A stretch of DNA of 64,000 nt, taken from positions 30,209 to 94,208 of IMG/VR virus record IMGVR_UViG_3300042270_000651. One strand, given 5' to 3'. Under the pieces are notes generated by a model. That model was not told the DNA's origin and did no database searches. It worked only from the letters and a program-made list of their open reading frames with translations. Shown one piece after another: positions 16,587 to 26,426 of the stretch (positions within the stretch are counted from its first letter, which is position 1; each line of letters starts with the position of its first letter). A program made the translations under genes and the position numbers. The DNA is from a virus (lineage: Duplodnaviria > Caudoviricetes).

Positions 16587-18430
16587 CAGAACACCCCCTT
16601 GTAGTTCGGGTTGGGAACGTACACGGCCACCAGACCCTGGCCACCGAAGCCCTCCTGCCCCTGGGGCCCGAAGCACCCATAGGGGTTCTGCACGCGCGCA
16701 CAAACGTCCTGGGTGTAGCAGCATGGGCAGGAGGCCCCGTAGCTGGTGCAGTAGCAGTAGCCGCAGGCGGGGTCGCCGCCGCAGTAGCAATACTTCCAGT
16801 AGCAGACCACCTGGCAGACGCAGCAGGTGCCATAACTCCCGGCGCCGCCGCCACCACCAATACCACCGTTGCCACCGAAGCCGCCGCCGCTGCCGCCGCC
16901 ACCGCCAAGGAAGCCACCGTTACCGGCCGAGTAGGCCATCGACCCGGCGCCGCCGGCGCCAGGCCCCCCGCTACCAGACGCGGCCGTGACGCCGCAGCCC
17001 AGGAAGGGGCGCATCAGGTCGATGGGAGCCCCACCAGCGCCCCAGCTCTCCGTAATGTCAAACGGGATGCAGCCACAGCCGTTGACGCGCGCCAAATCGG
17101 TGGAGAACCCTCGGTCCTCAGGCTCGACGCAGGCCCGAGCAAAGGGGGCGCATTCCATGTTTTGCGGCCACCAACCACAGGTACACAGGGTCGGGTTCCA
17201 GCAGCAGTTACAGCAGCAGCACCAGTCTGTGCAGGTCTCCGTAACCGACCAGCAACAGCACATCTTGCAGTAGCACAGGTAGTTGGCATTGTTGACCGTG
17301 CAGCCTTCGCAGTACGTGAAACCCCAATAGTCTCTGGGGTCCAGGAACCGTGCAGGCGGCACACCAGCCTGATCGTCCGCCTGGAAGGTGTTATGGATCG
17401 AGAAGTTGCAACACGTAACACCGCCACAACGCTGGTACGTGTAGGCTGGGAAAGCGCAGTGGCAGACGTCGAGGCAGCACTGCTTCGCCTGGTAACAGTA
17501 CCGGCACAGGAACTCACAGCGATCAATGGTCACGCCGTTGAAGTTGAGTCGGTCGTTTCCGGCCCCCATGGCCGCCTCGCCCAGGTCTGCGACGACAGGT
17601 CGGTGAGAGGGCCCACCGCGACCGGAAACGCTCAGACGCCAGCCGTTAAAGTTATGGATGTACGCCACCGCCCGGTTCTGAGCCGGGCGACAGTGCATCC
17701 AGTAGCCCGCCATAGAGGACTCCGGCGTGCCGCCGGAGCCGCCGCCCCCCATCGCCAGGGACACGCAGGCGCAACACTGACATTGAGGATGGCAGAGGTT
17801 GCAGTAGGGCCACTGCTGGTACTGACCGTCGCCGGTTCGGAGGAACGCCGCAGGCACGCCGGGCCCGCCAATACCGGAACCGCCAGTCGCCCCGCCCAGG
17901 TATTGGCAGTGGCAGTTGTCGCAATAGCATAGGGGGTGGCCGATAGCGAACGAACCCCAGCCGTCACCCATCCAGCTTCCCGCAGAGGCGCCGCCGGGCC
18001 ACACGTAGGCCGCAGGGCAGCAGTTACACGTACCGCCGCCGCATCCGAAGTGGCAGTAACCATTACCGCCCCGCGCATTAAAGTCACCACCAGACCCGTA
18101 GCCCCCGCAATTCTGCTGGGCCCCGGTGGCGGACACCTCGCTGCCGAACGAGGACGTACACTGCGCGAAGCCGACCTCGACGTCGAACTCCTGGCCCGGC
18201 GTCACAGCGATCCACTTCTCGGCGTAGCCCCCGCCCCCACCGCTGTAGTGGCGGTAGCCGTAGAAGTAGCCGTGACCACCACCGCCCACGGTGATGACCT
18301 TGATGCAGTACGTGTCTTCCGGGACCTTGTAGCGGTGGGGGCCCGGCTTCGTGTAAATCTCGGCGTCCAGCCACTTGTCATTCGGGCCGGACCCCTTGGT
18401 CGAAAGCTGTTGGCTCGTATAACGGCCCAT
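16586..18430 (-). CDS. Glycine-rich-domain, extremely Cys-rich putative fibre protein
   Basis: VITVGGGG...SGGGGGY...VTPGQ glycine-rich domain; about 64 Cys in 614 aa by manual count. Confidence 0.75.
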   Translation of the reverse strand: MGRYTSQQLSTKGSGPNDKWLDAEIYTKPGPHRYKVPEDTYCIKVITVGGGGHGYFYGYRHYSGGGGGYAEKWIAVTPGQEFDVEVGFAQCTSSFGSEVSATGAQQNCGGYGSGGDFNARGGNGYCHFGCGGGTCNCCPAAYVWPGGASAGSWMGDGWGSFAIGHPLCYCDNCHCQYLGGATGGSGIGGPGVPAAFLRTGDGQYQQWPYCNLCHPQCQCCACVSLAMGGGGSGGTPESSMAGYWMHCRPAQNRAVAYIHNFNGWRLSVSGRGGPSHRPVVADLGEAAMGAGNDRLNFNGVTIDRCEFLCRYCYQAKQCCLDVCHCAFPAYTYQRCGGVTCCNFSIHNTFQADDQAGVPPARFLDPRDYWGFTYCEGCTVNNANYLCYCKMCCCWSVTETCTDWCCCCNCCWNPTLCTCGWWPQNMECAPFARACVEPEDRGFSTDLARVNGCGCIPFDITESWGAGGAPIDLMRPFLGCGVTAASGSGGPGAGGAGSMAYSAGNGGFLGGGGGSGGGFGGNGGIGGGGGAGSYGTCCVCQVVCYWKYCYCGGDPACGYCYCTSYGASCPCCYTQDVCARVQNPYGCFGPQGQEGFGGQGLVAVYVPNPNYKGVF

Positions 18431-18433
18431 GAC

Positions 18434-18742
18434 TTACTCCTCGTACCCGTGGACCCGCACGACGACACCGGCCACGTCGGAGCGGACTACGACGGTTTCT
18501 CCCTCGCCCAGCACAATCTGCGTGCGCTCCAGCACGTCCTTGGCCGGCAGGGTGGTGTCTTCGATGAAATCCTCGTTGGCGAGGTCGGCGACCGCGCCGT
18601 CCACGATGGCCAGCTTTACCTTGGCGCTGGCGTTCGCGGCGTTCAGCACCAGGATGCTCACGGCAGCCCCGGTGCTGGCGGTGTAGACCTCCGTATCGGT
18701 GTCAGCGGTCAGTTCCGCAACACCCAGGCGACCGAACGCCAT
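18434..18742 (-). CDS. Putative virion structural protein
   Basis: 102 aa, beta-rich, in the fibre module. Confidence 0.65.
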   Translation of the reverse strand: MAFGRLGVAELTADTDTEVYTASTGAAVSILVLNAANASAKVKLAIVDGAVADLANEDFIEDTTLPAKDVLERTQIVLGEGETVVVRSDVAGVVVRVHGYEE

Positions 18743-18745
18743 GTC

Positions 18746-19090
18746 TTACCCTCCCTGGAAATAGGCCCGACCGGGCGTCGGCACGCTGTCGGAGCCGGGG
18801 CCGCAGTAGACCTCCTTCTCCCCAGCGGTGAAGTCGATCAGGTCCCGCGTGCCGGCCGAGTTCTTCAGCACACGCACGCGGGTGATCTGATCGGGAGTGC
18901 CCGCAACGAAGACGCCTTCCCCGTACTCCCACTCCGGCGTGGCCTTGTCCTTGTTCACGATGGCGTAGCGCACGCGCTGGCCGTCGACGAACCAGTCGGA
19001 CCAGTCGTGGTACTTGTCCACCGAGACTTCCAAGGTCGCGGCCCCGGTGCCGGTGAACGTCGAAGTCTGGAGCACGCGGTCAGCGTACAT
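18746..19090 (-). CDS. Putative fibre anchor protein
   Basis: ADRVLQTSTFTGTG resembles common fibre N-termini. Confidence 0.6.
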   Translation of the reverse strand: MYADRVLQTSTFTGTGAATLEVSVDKYHDWSDWFVDGQRVRYAIVNKDKATPEWEYGEGVFVAGTPDQITRVRVLKNSAGTRDLIDFTAGEKEVYCGPGSDSVPTPGRAYFQGG

Positions 19091-19101
19091 CGTCACCTCC
19101 G

Positions 19102-19518
19102 TTAGGCCAGGGTCACGTCCAGGTCGCCGGCCGCGATCTTGAACTGGTCGCCGGTCTCGATGGTCTTGGCCGACGTCAGCTGCCCATGGAACAGCAGGTT
19201 GTCGGTGCCGGTGTTGCCGTCGTAGATGCCGACGTGCGTGATCGTGCCCCAGTCGGCCGTGGCCTCCGGGAACAGAATGTCGGCGCTGTTGGCCGTCGCA
19301 CCGTTGGAGGGGACGTCGAAGGCCGCGCTCTGGCGGGCGTAGGCGGTGGCGTTGCTGCTGCCGTCGACGTCGGGCACCTCAGTGCCGCTGTCGGCGTCAG
19401 TCGGGTCGGCGGTGAACAGCGCCACGTATACCGTGGTCGGGCTGGTCATGGCCTGGTTCCGCAGAACGTGGTTCAGCAGAGCGTTTTCGGTGTAATCGGA
19501 CAGGGCACTCATTGCCAT
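19102..19518 (-). CDS. Putative tail fibre/structural subunit
   Basis: SDYTENALLNH...YVALFTADP...FPEATADWGTITHVGIYD, a common phage structural family. Confidence 0.7.
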   Translation of the reverse strand: MAMSALSDYTENALLNHVLRNQAMTSPTTVYVALFTADPTDADSGTEVPDVDGSSNATAYARQSAAFDVPSNGATANSADILFPEATADWGTITHVGIYDGNTGTDNLLFHGQLTSAKTIETGDQFKIAAGDLDVTLA

Positions 19519-19524
19519 TCCTCC

Positions 19525-22500
19525 TTACGGTTGAGGCACTTCCTCGCAGATCAAAGTCACGAACCCGGCGTCATCGGTGTCGACCTCAACAGCCCTGGTC
19601 ATCACGCCCAGCGGCTCGTAGTGGACAAGATCGCCGCGCTCCACATCGTCGAAGCTGTAGGGAAGCGAGAAGGTGAACGTGCGCTTGAGCGGTGCATTCA
19701 ATTGCAGCCAATCCTGCAACATGGCATCCGCCGTGGCGTCGTCGGCCAGCCAGCCTCCCTGCAGCTCTGCCCGCCGTTCCTCCAGAACTTCCTCCATGGA
19801 GCGGACAGCCCAACGATCTTGGGTCGTGGGACCTCTGACCAGCACCTTAGAGAACTCCCCATTGATTGTCCTGTACCGGAGGGTCGCGTGGTTCACGACC
19901 TGCTCCAGCTTTGACCAATCAATTTTCGGCGGGTTCATAAGGTCGTCCAGGTCAATCCCTCGAACGTCTTGCGTCTCGTCGAGCTTGCGGATCAGGCGCA
20001 CCTCGTCGCCCTGCTCGAAGACATACATCACCGCCTGCTTGGCGGCCTCGTCCAGCATCTTCGACACGCTGGTCTGCTCGGCGAGGCGGCGTGCGAAGAC
20101 CCAGCCCATGGCGGTGTACCAGTCCCGCGCCCGCGCGTAGTTGAAGGGGTCCACCTTGTAGCCCTGGCGCTCGGCCAAGTCCTTCACCACGGTGGCGGGG
20201 TTGCCGTCCAGGCCCTGCACCGTCGCCGTCAGGCGGTTCACCGGCTCGCGCACCACGGGCTCGAACTCGATCAGCAGCTCCAGCCGCACGACCATCACGT
20301 CCTGGGTGCCGGCCCCGCCGTAGCGCAGGGCGGCCAGCTTGTTTGTGAAGACCGACCAGTCGGGGTCGTGCCCCAGCGGGATCGGGAACAGGTTGACCAC
20401 CGTGCGGGGGCTCTTGAACGAGAACGTCAGGTTGCCCGACCCGGCGCTGCCGTCCACGCGCGCCACCGGCTGGAAGCTCGGCACGTCGGAATACTTGTTC
20501 TGCACGTAGGGCGAGCCCGAGAAGCCACCGCCGCCGACGGAGAACTTCGGATTTACCTGAACCGAGTATTTGATCCAGGCCGCCTGCGGGGCGTTGGCCG
20601 CGCGATAGCTGGGGTAGCTGTACTCATAGCTCTCGACGGTCAGGTACTCCTGCCCGGCCGAGATCGACACGTTGAACTGCACAGCCTGATTGAAGCCGAT
20701 GACCCCATACGTCGGGTCTTGGCCATTGATCCTGAACTTGCAGGTGCCGGTGTAGGACACATCGTACCCGGCCTGCCCGAACCAGACGGTGATGACGAGG
20801 GTCTGGCTTGTGGCCCCAGCTGGGATCGGAATGCGCGAGTCCAGAGGGGCCGCCCAGCCGCTGGTGCCGCTGTAGACGGGGTACGCCGGTTGGATGGTCA
20901 CGTTCTCGTTGGCGGTGTTGGACAGGTAGCCCGCCGAGTTGCTGCTGATGCCGGACACGTTGTTGCTACGCAGCGCGGCGGTCATGCTGCTCACGGTGTC
21001 CACGCTAATCGTCTTGCTGACGGTCTGGTCACCGCCCGCGTTCTCCATGTTCAGCTCGCCCAGCTTCCGCCCGCCCCACTCCACGTCCACGGTGTCGATG
21101 GTCGCCGCCGACGTGCCGTGCTCGACCAGGAGCCACGCTTTCTTCACCCGGCCGCGTGGGGGCATGTCCGTCACCTGGCGGACCACCAGGTCGGTGTTCG
21201 ACGACTTGCGCAGGGTCGCCATGGCGCTGCTGTCGAGGTTGCCCACGGCGATGGTGCGGGTGGCGGTCGTCACGCCGACGGTCACCGACCCCGGCGGGGC
21301 TCCGTAGAGCTTCACGTCCACGCTCAACAGGTCGACGTCGTCGTCCTTGTCGAAGGTGAAGGGCGCCCCGGTCCACACGACGCCGCCGCTGTCGTAGACC
21401 CAGGCGATCTTGCCCCCGATGCGGACCTCGGCGCGGGAGTTGGGCGGCATCGTTTCGGTGACCGCGAAGTCGACCTCGTAGACGCCGCTGATGATGCGAC
21501 TCGACCCGCCCTGCTCCGTCGGACGCGGGAACTCGATGTTGTCACTCTCGGTGACGTTGGTCGGCAGGCTGGCCGCTCCCTGGGTCTCTGTGCCGGTGAC
21601 CGCGCGGATGGCGTTGGGCCCGTTCACCGCCGTCGAGGTCCCGTCCACCTCGTCGAAGTGCGCCTCCAGCACCTTGGCCGGCTCGACCTTGTCCTTGGTC
21701 GGCAGGCTGGTGAACGACACCAGGGCGTCAGTCAGGTCGAGGCTGCCGCCGAACAGCACCTGCCCGTCGCCCTTCACGGCTGAAATTGATTGCACGGCAT
21801 GGCCCGCCGCGAGGTACGTGGTCTGCCCGGCGAGGCAGGCGGCGGTGCCGGTGCGGTGGTAGCGCGTCACACTCAAGCCGGTCAGCGTGCCGTCGTCCTT
21901 GCCAGTGTAGGCGTAGCTGACGCCGTCCACCACGACGGTGCCGCTGGCGGGGAATGCGGTCGCGTCGGCCACCTTGAGTACCCGGTCGCCGGGGTCCGCC
22001 TCGTCGGCCAGGGTCGTGAAGGGCGGCTGCGCCACCGGCAGCAGGGGGCATTCCTCCACCGTGCCGTAGATCATCGGCTTGGCCTGCCCCATGGCCTCGG
22101 CGGGAGCGTCCGGCCACTCCCCGGCCTCGATCACGCCATAGTTGGGGATCGTGCGCGGCGTCACGCGCCGGGGACCCAGCACCAGGGTCAGCTTGCTGCC
22201 GACCTGGGAGGGCTCCTGCTCGAACACCCCCTCGAACAGCAGGTCCCCGTCCTCGACCCCCAGCATGCCGTCGACCACCCGCCAGACGCGGACCGTGCGG
22301 GACAGCCAGCGCAGAGGGCAGTTCGGCAGGGCCTCGCCGTTGACGATGACCTTGAGCTGGTGGGTGCTGATCGCGCCCCACTTCTCCACCGCCGGCAGCA
22401 CTTCGATGGTGCCGATGTGGCGCGGGGCGTCCGACAACAGGAGTGTCAGGTCGTCCAGCTCGGCTTCCAGCAGCAGGGTGGCGCGGCTGGCCGGGGAGTT

Positions 22501-22536
22501 CAGGTCCCGCAGCAGCGTCTCGTGCAGCGATTTCAT
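19525..22536 (-). CDS. Tail tip / hub (central fibre-like) protein
   Basis: 1003 aa, two genes after the tape measure; PMIYG motif; C-terminal VERGDLV. Confidence 0.7.
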   Translation of the reverse strand: MKSLHETLLRDLNSPASRATLLLEAELDDLTLLLSDAPRHIGTIEVLPAVEKWGAISTHQLKVIVNGEALPNCPLRWLSRTVRVWRVVDGMLGVEDGDLLFEGVFEQEPSQVGSKLTLVLGPRRVTPRTIPNYGVIEAGEWPDAPAEAMGQAKPMIYGTVEECPLLPVAQPPFTTLADEADPGDRVLKVADATAFPASGTVVVDGVSYAYTGKDDGTLTGLSVTRYHRTGTAACLAGQTTYLAAGHAVQSISAVKGDGQVLFGGSLDLTDALVSFTSLPTKDKVEPAKVLEAHFDEVDGTSTAVNGPNAIRAVTGTETQGAASLPTNVTESDNIEFPRPTEQGGSSRIISGVYEVDFAVTETMPPNSRAEVRIGGKIAWVYDSGGVVWTGAPFTFDKDDDVDLLSVDVKLYGAPPGSVTVGVTTATRTIAVGNLDSSAMATLRKSSNTDLVVRQVTDMPPRGRVKKAWLLVEHGTSAATIDTVDVEWGGRKLGELNMENAGGDQTVSKTISVDTVSSMTAALRSNNVSGISSNSAGYLSNTANENVTIQPAYPVYSGTSGWAAPLDSRIPIPAGATSQTLVITVWFGQAGYDVSYTGTCKFRINGQDPTYGVIGFNQAVQFNVSISAGQEYLTVESYEYSYPSYRAANAPQAAWIKYSVQVNPKFSVGGGGFSGSPYVQNKYSDVPSFQPVARVDGSAGSGNLTFSFKSPRTVVNLFPIPLGHDPDWSVFTNKLAALRYGGAGTQDVMVVRLELLIEFEPVVREPVNRLTATVQGLDGNPATVVKDLAERQGYKVDPFNYARARDWYTAMGWVFARRLAEQTSVSKMLDEAAKQAVMYVFEQGDEVRLIRKLDETQDVRGIDLDDLMNPPKIDWSKLEQVVNHATLRYRTINGEFSKVLVRGPTTQDRWAVRSMEEVLEERRAELQGGWLADDATADAMLQDWLQLNAPLKRTFTFSLPYSFDDVERGDLVHYEPLGVMTRAVEVDTDDAGFVTLICEEVPQP

Positions 22537-23153
22537 CGGACCTCCCGTGCCTCGATCTGGCCGGTGTAATAGTTGACGTTGTCACGGGAGAACGGGAACG
22601 GGCTCGGGGCCCGCACCAGCCGCAGGCCCACCCCCAGGTTGTCGATGCAGGCCGGGAGCCGGAAGCCGTAGGTCACCCCGTACCATTCGCGGAACAGCTT
22701 CACCTCGGCCGCCGTCAGGCCCTCCCACACCCACTTGCCGGTGCGCTCGGTGCCGTAGACCTTGGAGAACCCGGTGCCGGCCAGCGTCTTGCGGTCGTCG
22801 GCGATCACGCTCTCCTCGAACCCGAACGGGAAGCCGGGGTTGGGCACGCCGATCAGCCGCCCCAGGTAGAGCAGGCCCACCTCCCCGGCGCTGCCCGTGC
22901 GCACCCGCCATTTGGCGGCGGTGACGTCCGGCACCGGCACAATGCCCTCGCCCGACGCCGTGGCCGACCACTCCAGCGTGGCGAAGTCGTCGTTTGACGC
23001 CTCGATGTGCACCTCGTCGCAGGTCACGTCGAACACCGCCGCGCCTGACACCTCGTCGGTGAAATTGATTTCACGCGCCACAGCGCCCGCCGCCACCCGC
23101 GTCGGGATGGGGCGGTGCGTGACCTCGAAGAAATCGGAGAACAGTACCCGCAT
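22533..23153 (-). CDS. Distal-tail-like protein
   Basis: Directly follows the tape measure. Confidence 0.6.
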   Translation of the reverse strand: MRVLFSDFFEVTHRPIPTRVAAGAVAREINFTDEVSGAAVFDVTCDEVHIEASNDDFATLEWSATASGEGIVPVPDVTAAKWRVRTGSAGEVGLLYLGRLIGVPNPGFPFGFEESVIADDRKTLAGTGFSKVYGTERTGKWVWEGLTAAEVKLFREWYGVTYGFRLPACIDNLGVGLRLVRAPSPFPFSRDNVNYYTGQIEAREVR

Positions 23154-26038
23154 CAGCCGAACCTCATTGTGCTAGTGTCACGCCCCAGGGCATCCGCGTT
23201 GAGCAGGGGTTTGCCCATCAGCCCCGCCCGGTTGATCGCCTCCACGACACCCTGGACGACGCTGTCCTTGATGGCCGCCGCGTCCCCGTCGCCCGCGTTC
23301 ACGTTCACCGTAAGGCTCACGTCGCCGCCCATCTTGTGGTTGGGTACGACGGTCCCCGCCTTGGACGGGTACAGCAGCTCGGGGCCCTGCTCGCCGACCA
23401 GCAGGGGCTTGTTCGCCATGAAGTCGCCGCCCAGCGCGCGGCGGGCGTAGGCGGTGCCCTGCGTGGCACGTCTGATCTCGCGAGGGCTGTAGACCAACTC
23501 ACCCTGCGGATTACGAACAGAGGCGACCTCGCCGGTCTCCCAGTTGAAGCCGCCCACCGTGTAGCCATGGTTCAGGGCCTCGCCCTTCACCCTGTTCGAA
23601 ATCATGTTGACTTCTTCGTAGACTTTCTTGACCGCGTTGGCCGCTCTGTCAGCCCCGTCCTCGGCCCCCTGACCCAGCGAGTCCGCGATCTGCCGCCCCA
23701 CGTCCTCGGTGGCCGGAGGCAAACGACCGAACTCCCTGATAATTCTATCCGTCGCATCGCGCGCCTCTTCGACGGCTCGGCTGTTATACTCATCACGGAT
23801 TTTGGTCAGGGCCTCGTACTTCTGTTGCTGGAGCACCAGGATCATCTCTTGGTTGTCGCCCGCTGCCTTTATCAGGCCGTCATAGTGCTCGCGGGTTTTA
23901 TCCAGTTCGTACTGGAGGGCGCCCAAAAGCTCTCGTTTGCGGGCCTCAAGGGCCTCCTTGTAGACCTCCTTTGCCTCCTCCTGGTTCGCCTTCAGTTCGT
24001 CAATGGCGGCCTGGCGCTGCTCCCGCAATTTTAGTGTCTCGCGAGCCTCCTCCTGTAGCGCGGCGATGTTCTCGGCCCCGATGCTCTGCCGCGTCTCGCC
24101 AAGTTCCTTCAGGCGCTCGTCGACCATCGCCATCACCTGCTTTTCGCGGGTGAGTGCCTGGTATGCCTCAGCCCCCTTCCGCAGGGCGGCCAGCTCCAGG
24201 TTCAGCATGTCAATGCTCTTCTGTGAAGACCCGGCCTTGACCTCCTCGGCCTCCTTGGCGTCCTTCAATGCATCATTGTAGTTAAAGACTGCGCCGTTCA
24301 GCCGCTCGATAGCCTGCTTCGTCTTGGCGGCCTGAAGGTTCAATGCCACGAACTGCGCGTCCGTCAAATTCTCCGGATCAGACAATCTCTGTTGTAGTGC
24401 GGCATGTTCCTTCGTCAGGCCCTCCAGCTTCTCACGAGCTGCTTGGGCCCCCTCCTTCAACTGGTCGAACGTGGCCCCGTCCAGATTTTCGGATGCCGCA
24501 ACAAAACCGTCCACCGCCGCAGTCAAGGTGGCTGTCTCAGCCCTAGCCTCCCGCATCGTGGCGTTGGCCTGCTCCAGAGACCGCAGGAACTTCATTTCCT
24601 CCACGGCGTAATATCCGAGCACCAGTAGTCCGGCCGAAAGGGCAGCCGTCATACCGCCGGCAGTAGTCGTGAGAGCAGCCATCGCGGTCCGGACAGTCGC
24701 GGTGGTCCCGGCTACGGTGGGAAGCCGGATGTTGAGCAACCGAACGGCCCCGGCCAGGGCCCTGATACCCGTGAGCACGCCCACGCCCGTAGCACCAAAG
24801 GCCGTAAGCGCGGCTATGGCGGTCTGGACATCATCAGGCAGGGCTTGAAATTCTACCCGCAGGGCATTGAGCCCATCGGTCACCGTGGCTGCCATTTCTT
24901 TTAGGGCTGGTGCAAGTGCCCCACCCACGGTCGCCCCGAGCACCTGAGCTGCATTCGACGCTTGAGCGAGCTGTTTGGAGAGGGCCTCGTTGGCCTTCTC
25001 GTACTCTTTGTTAAGGGCCGTCTGTTCCTGGGCCTCCAGGTTGGCCAGGCCCATGACCTCCTTGAACCGTTCGAGGTTACCGATAAGCGGCAAAAAGTCG
25101 CGTATCGTTTCCTGCTGGTTCAGGCTCATCATCTTCAGGATGTCTACGAGGTTCGTCCCCTCGTCCTGGGCAAGCCGCAGCCCCTCAACAAAACGCATGA
25201 ACACGTTCATGGCGTCCTGCTCGAAGGATTGCTTCAAATCAGCCAGAGCAATCCCGGTCAATCGAGACAGCTTTTGTGCTGCCGCTCCACCCTCCTGGAT
25301 GGACAGGTTGATCTGCTGGAACACGCGGCCGATGGCCGTTGAGGCTGACTCCGACCGAGCGCCAGTTTCCACCAGGGCTGCTGCCATGCCAGAGACTGCG
25401 GTCGTCCCCAACTCGAACATCTGGGTCGTTCTGGACATCTCGAGCGCCATATTGGCGATCTCGGACTCGGTCCCCTTGATGTTGTTGCCCAATTGCACAA
25501 TCACGGAACCCAGGCGGCCGACCTCGGAGATGTCCTCCTTCATTACCCCCAGCATTCGAGACAGTGCGACAGCCGCCTCCTCACCGGCCAGGTCAGTGGC
25601 CGTACCCATCTTGGCCACGGTTTCGGTGAACGTGATGATGTCGTCGGCCCCCTGGATGCCCAGCTGACCGGCCACCGTGGCGATCTGCCCCAGTTCCTCC
25701 TTGGGCACCGCCGACGACGCGGCCATGTCCATAAACCGAGCCTTAAAGTCCTCCAGTTCCGCACCTGCCATGCCGGTGGTCTTCTCCACCGCGATCATGG
25801 CGTCTTCCACGGCCATGAACTCGCCTACCGTGGCACGCATAGCGGCGCTCCCGGCGGTGAACGCACCGAAGGCGGCTGCCGCGTCCCGCAGCGCCGCCCC
25901 CACTTCTCCGATCCGGCCGGATGCCTCTCGAGCATCCCGCCCCGTGTCACCAAGCTCTCGGCGATGGCGGTTGAGCACCTTCGTGGCCTCGTCCCGCATC
26001 GTCATAATGAAGCGGAGTTCTTCGCTCGTCACCGCCAT
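23153..26038 (-). CDS. Tail tape measure protein
   Basis: TP901-type core (AVEKTTG...ATVAGQLGI...LGNN), long helical region, C-terminal RALGG...VGEQGPEL; start ATG 26038. Confidence 0.9.
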   Translation of the reverse strand: MAVTSEELRFIMTMRDEATKVLNRHRRELGDTGRDAREASGRIGEVGAALRDAAAAFGAFTAGSAAMRATVGEFMAVEDAMIAVEKTTGMAGAELEDFKARFMDMAASSAVPKEELGQIATVAGQLGIQGADDIITFTETVAKMGTATDLAGEEAAVALSRMLGVMKEDISEVGRLGSVIVQLGNNIKGTESEIANMALEMSRTTQMFELGTTAVSGMAAALVETGARSESASTAIGRVFQQINLSIQEGGAAAQKLSRLTGIALADLKQSFEQDAMNVFMRFVEGLRLAQDEGTNLVDILKMMSLNQQETIRDFLPLIGNLERFKEVMGLANLEAQEQTALNKEYEKANEALSKQLAQASNAAQVLGATVGGALAPALKEMAATVTDGLNALRVEFQALPDDVQTAIAALTAFGATGVGVLTGIRALAGAVRLLNIRLPTVAGTTATVRTAMAALTTTAGGMTAALSAGLLVLGYYAVEEMKFLRSLEQANATMREARAETATLTAAVDGFVAASENLDGATFDQLKEGAQAAREKLEGLTKEHAALQQRLSDPENLTDAQFVALNLQAAKTKQAIERLNGAVFNYNDALKDAKEAEEVKAGSSQKSIDMLNLELAALRKGAEAYQALTREKQVMAMVDERLKELGETRQSIGAENIAALQEEARETLKLREQRQAAIDELKANQEEAKEVYKEALEARKRELLGALQYELDKTREHYDGLIKAAGDNQEMILVLQQQKYEALTKIRDEYNSRAVEEARDATDRIIREFGRLPPATEDVGRQIADSLGQGAEDGADRAANAVKKVYEEVNMISNRVKGEALNHGYTVGGFNWETGEVASVRNPQGELVYSPREIRRATQGTAYARRALGGDFMANKPLLVGEQGPELLYPSKAGTVVPNHKMGGDVSLTVNVNAGDGDAAAIKDSVVQGVVEAINRAGLMGKPLLNADALGRDTSTMRFG

Positions 26039-26045
26039 CGCACTA

Positions 26046-26426
26046 TTACCTCCTGTTTTGTCGTGCGGCTTCCTGCTCCTCCTGAGTCTTCCTGCACTCG
26101 CCCAGAGTGACTTCCACAAGCTCCAGCAGTTCCAGGCCGCGTGACGCCTGCTGGGTGATCGAACCGGGGTCCGGGAGCATCCCCTGTCGGTAGTAGCGGT
26201 GTAGCCGCATCAAGCGACCGAAGCCGTCCGGGTCGTCCTTGATAGGTCGCCTCGGGCAGGCGTAGTCCTCGATCTCGTCGATGCGCAACGGCATGACGGC
26301 GGGGCTCTCCCAGGTCCCGTCGGCCAGTTGTCGGGCATCACAGCCCCGCTCCTTGCGCTGCAACTGATTGCAGGTGGCGCACTGGCGCTCCGGGAGCAGG
26401 GCCAGTGCGACTACACCGCGTCGGAC
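26046..26426 (-). CDS. Tail assembly chaperone T segment (reached by -1 frameshift)
   Basis: The -1 frame after A-AAA-AAG is open: KVRRGVVALALLPERQCATCNQLQRKERGC... to the stop at 26046. Confidence 0.75.
   Translation of the reverse strand, partial: VRRGVVALALLPERQCATCNQLQRKERGCDARQLADGTWESPAVMPLRIDEIEDYACPRRPIKDDPDGFGRLMRLHRYYRQGMLPDPGSITQQASRGLELLELVEVTLGECRKTQEEQEAARQNRR

Noticed and set aside
16586-18430. Cys-rich fibre as a DGR target or RiPP precursor
   Set aside because: No reverse transcriptase or TR/VR pair was seen; it is too long for a precursor peptide and has a structural glycine-rich domain.
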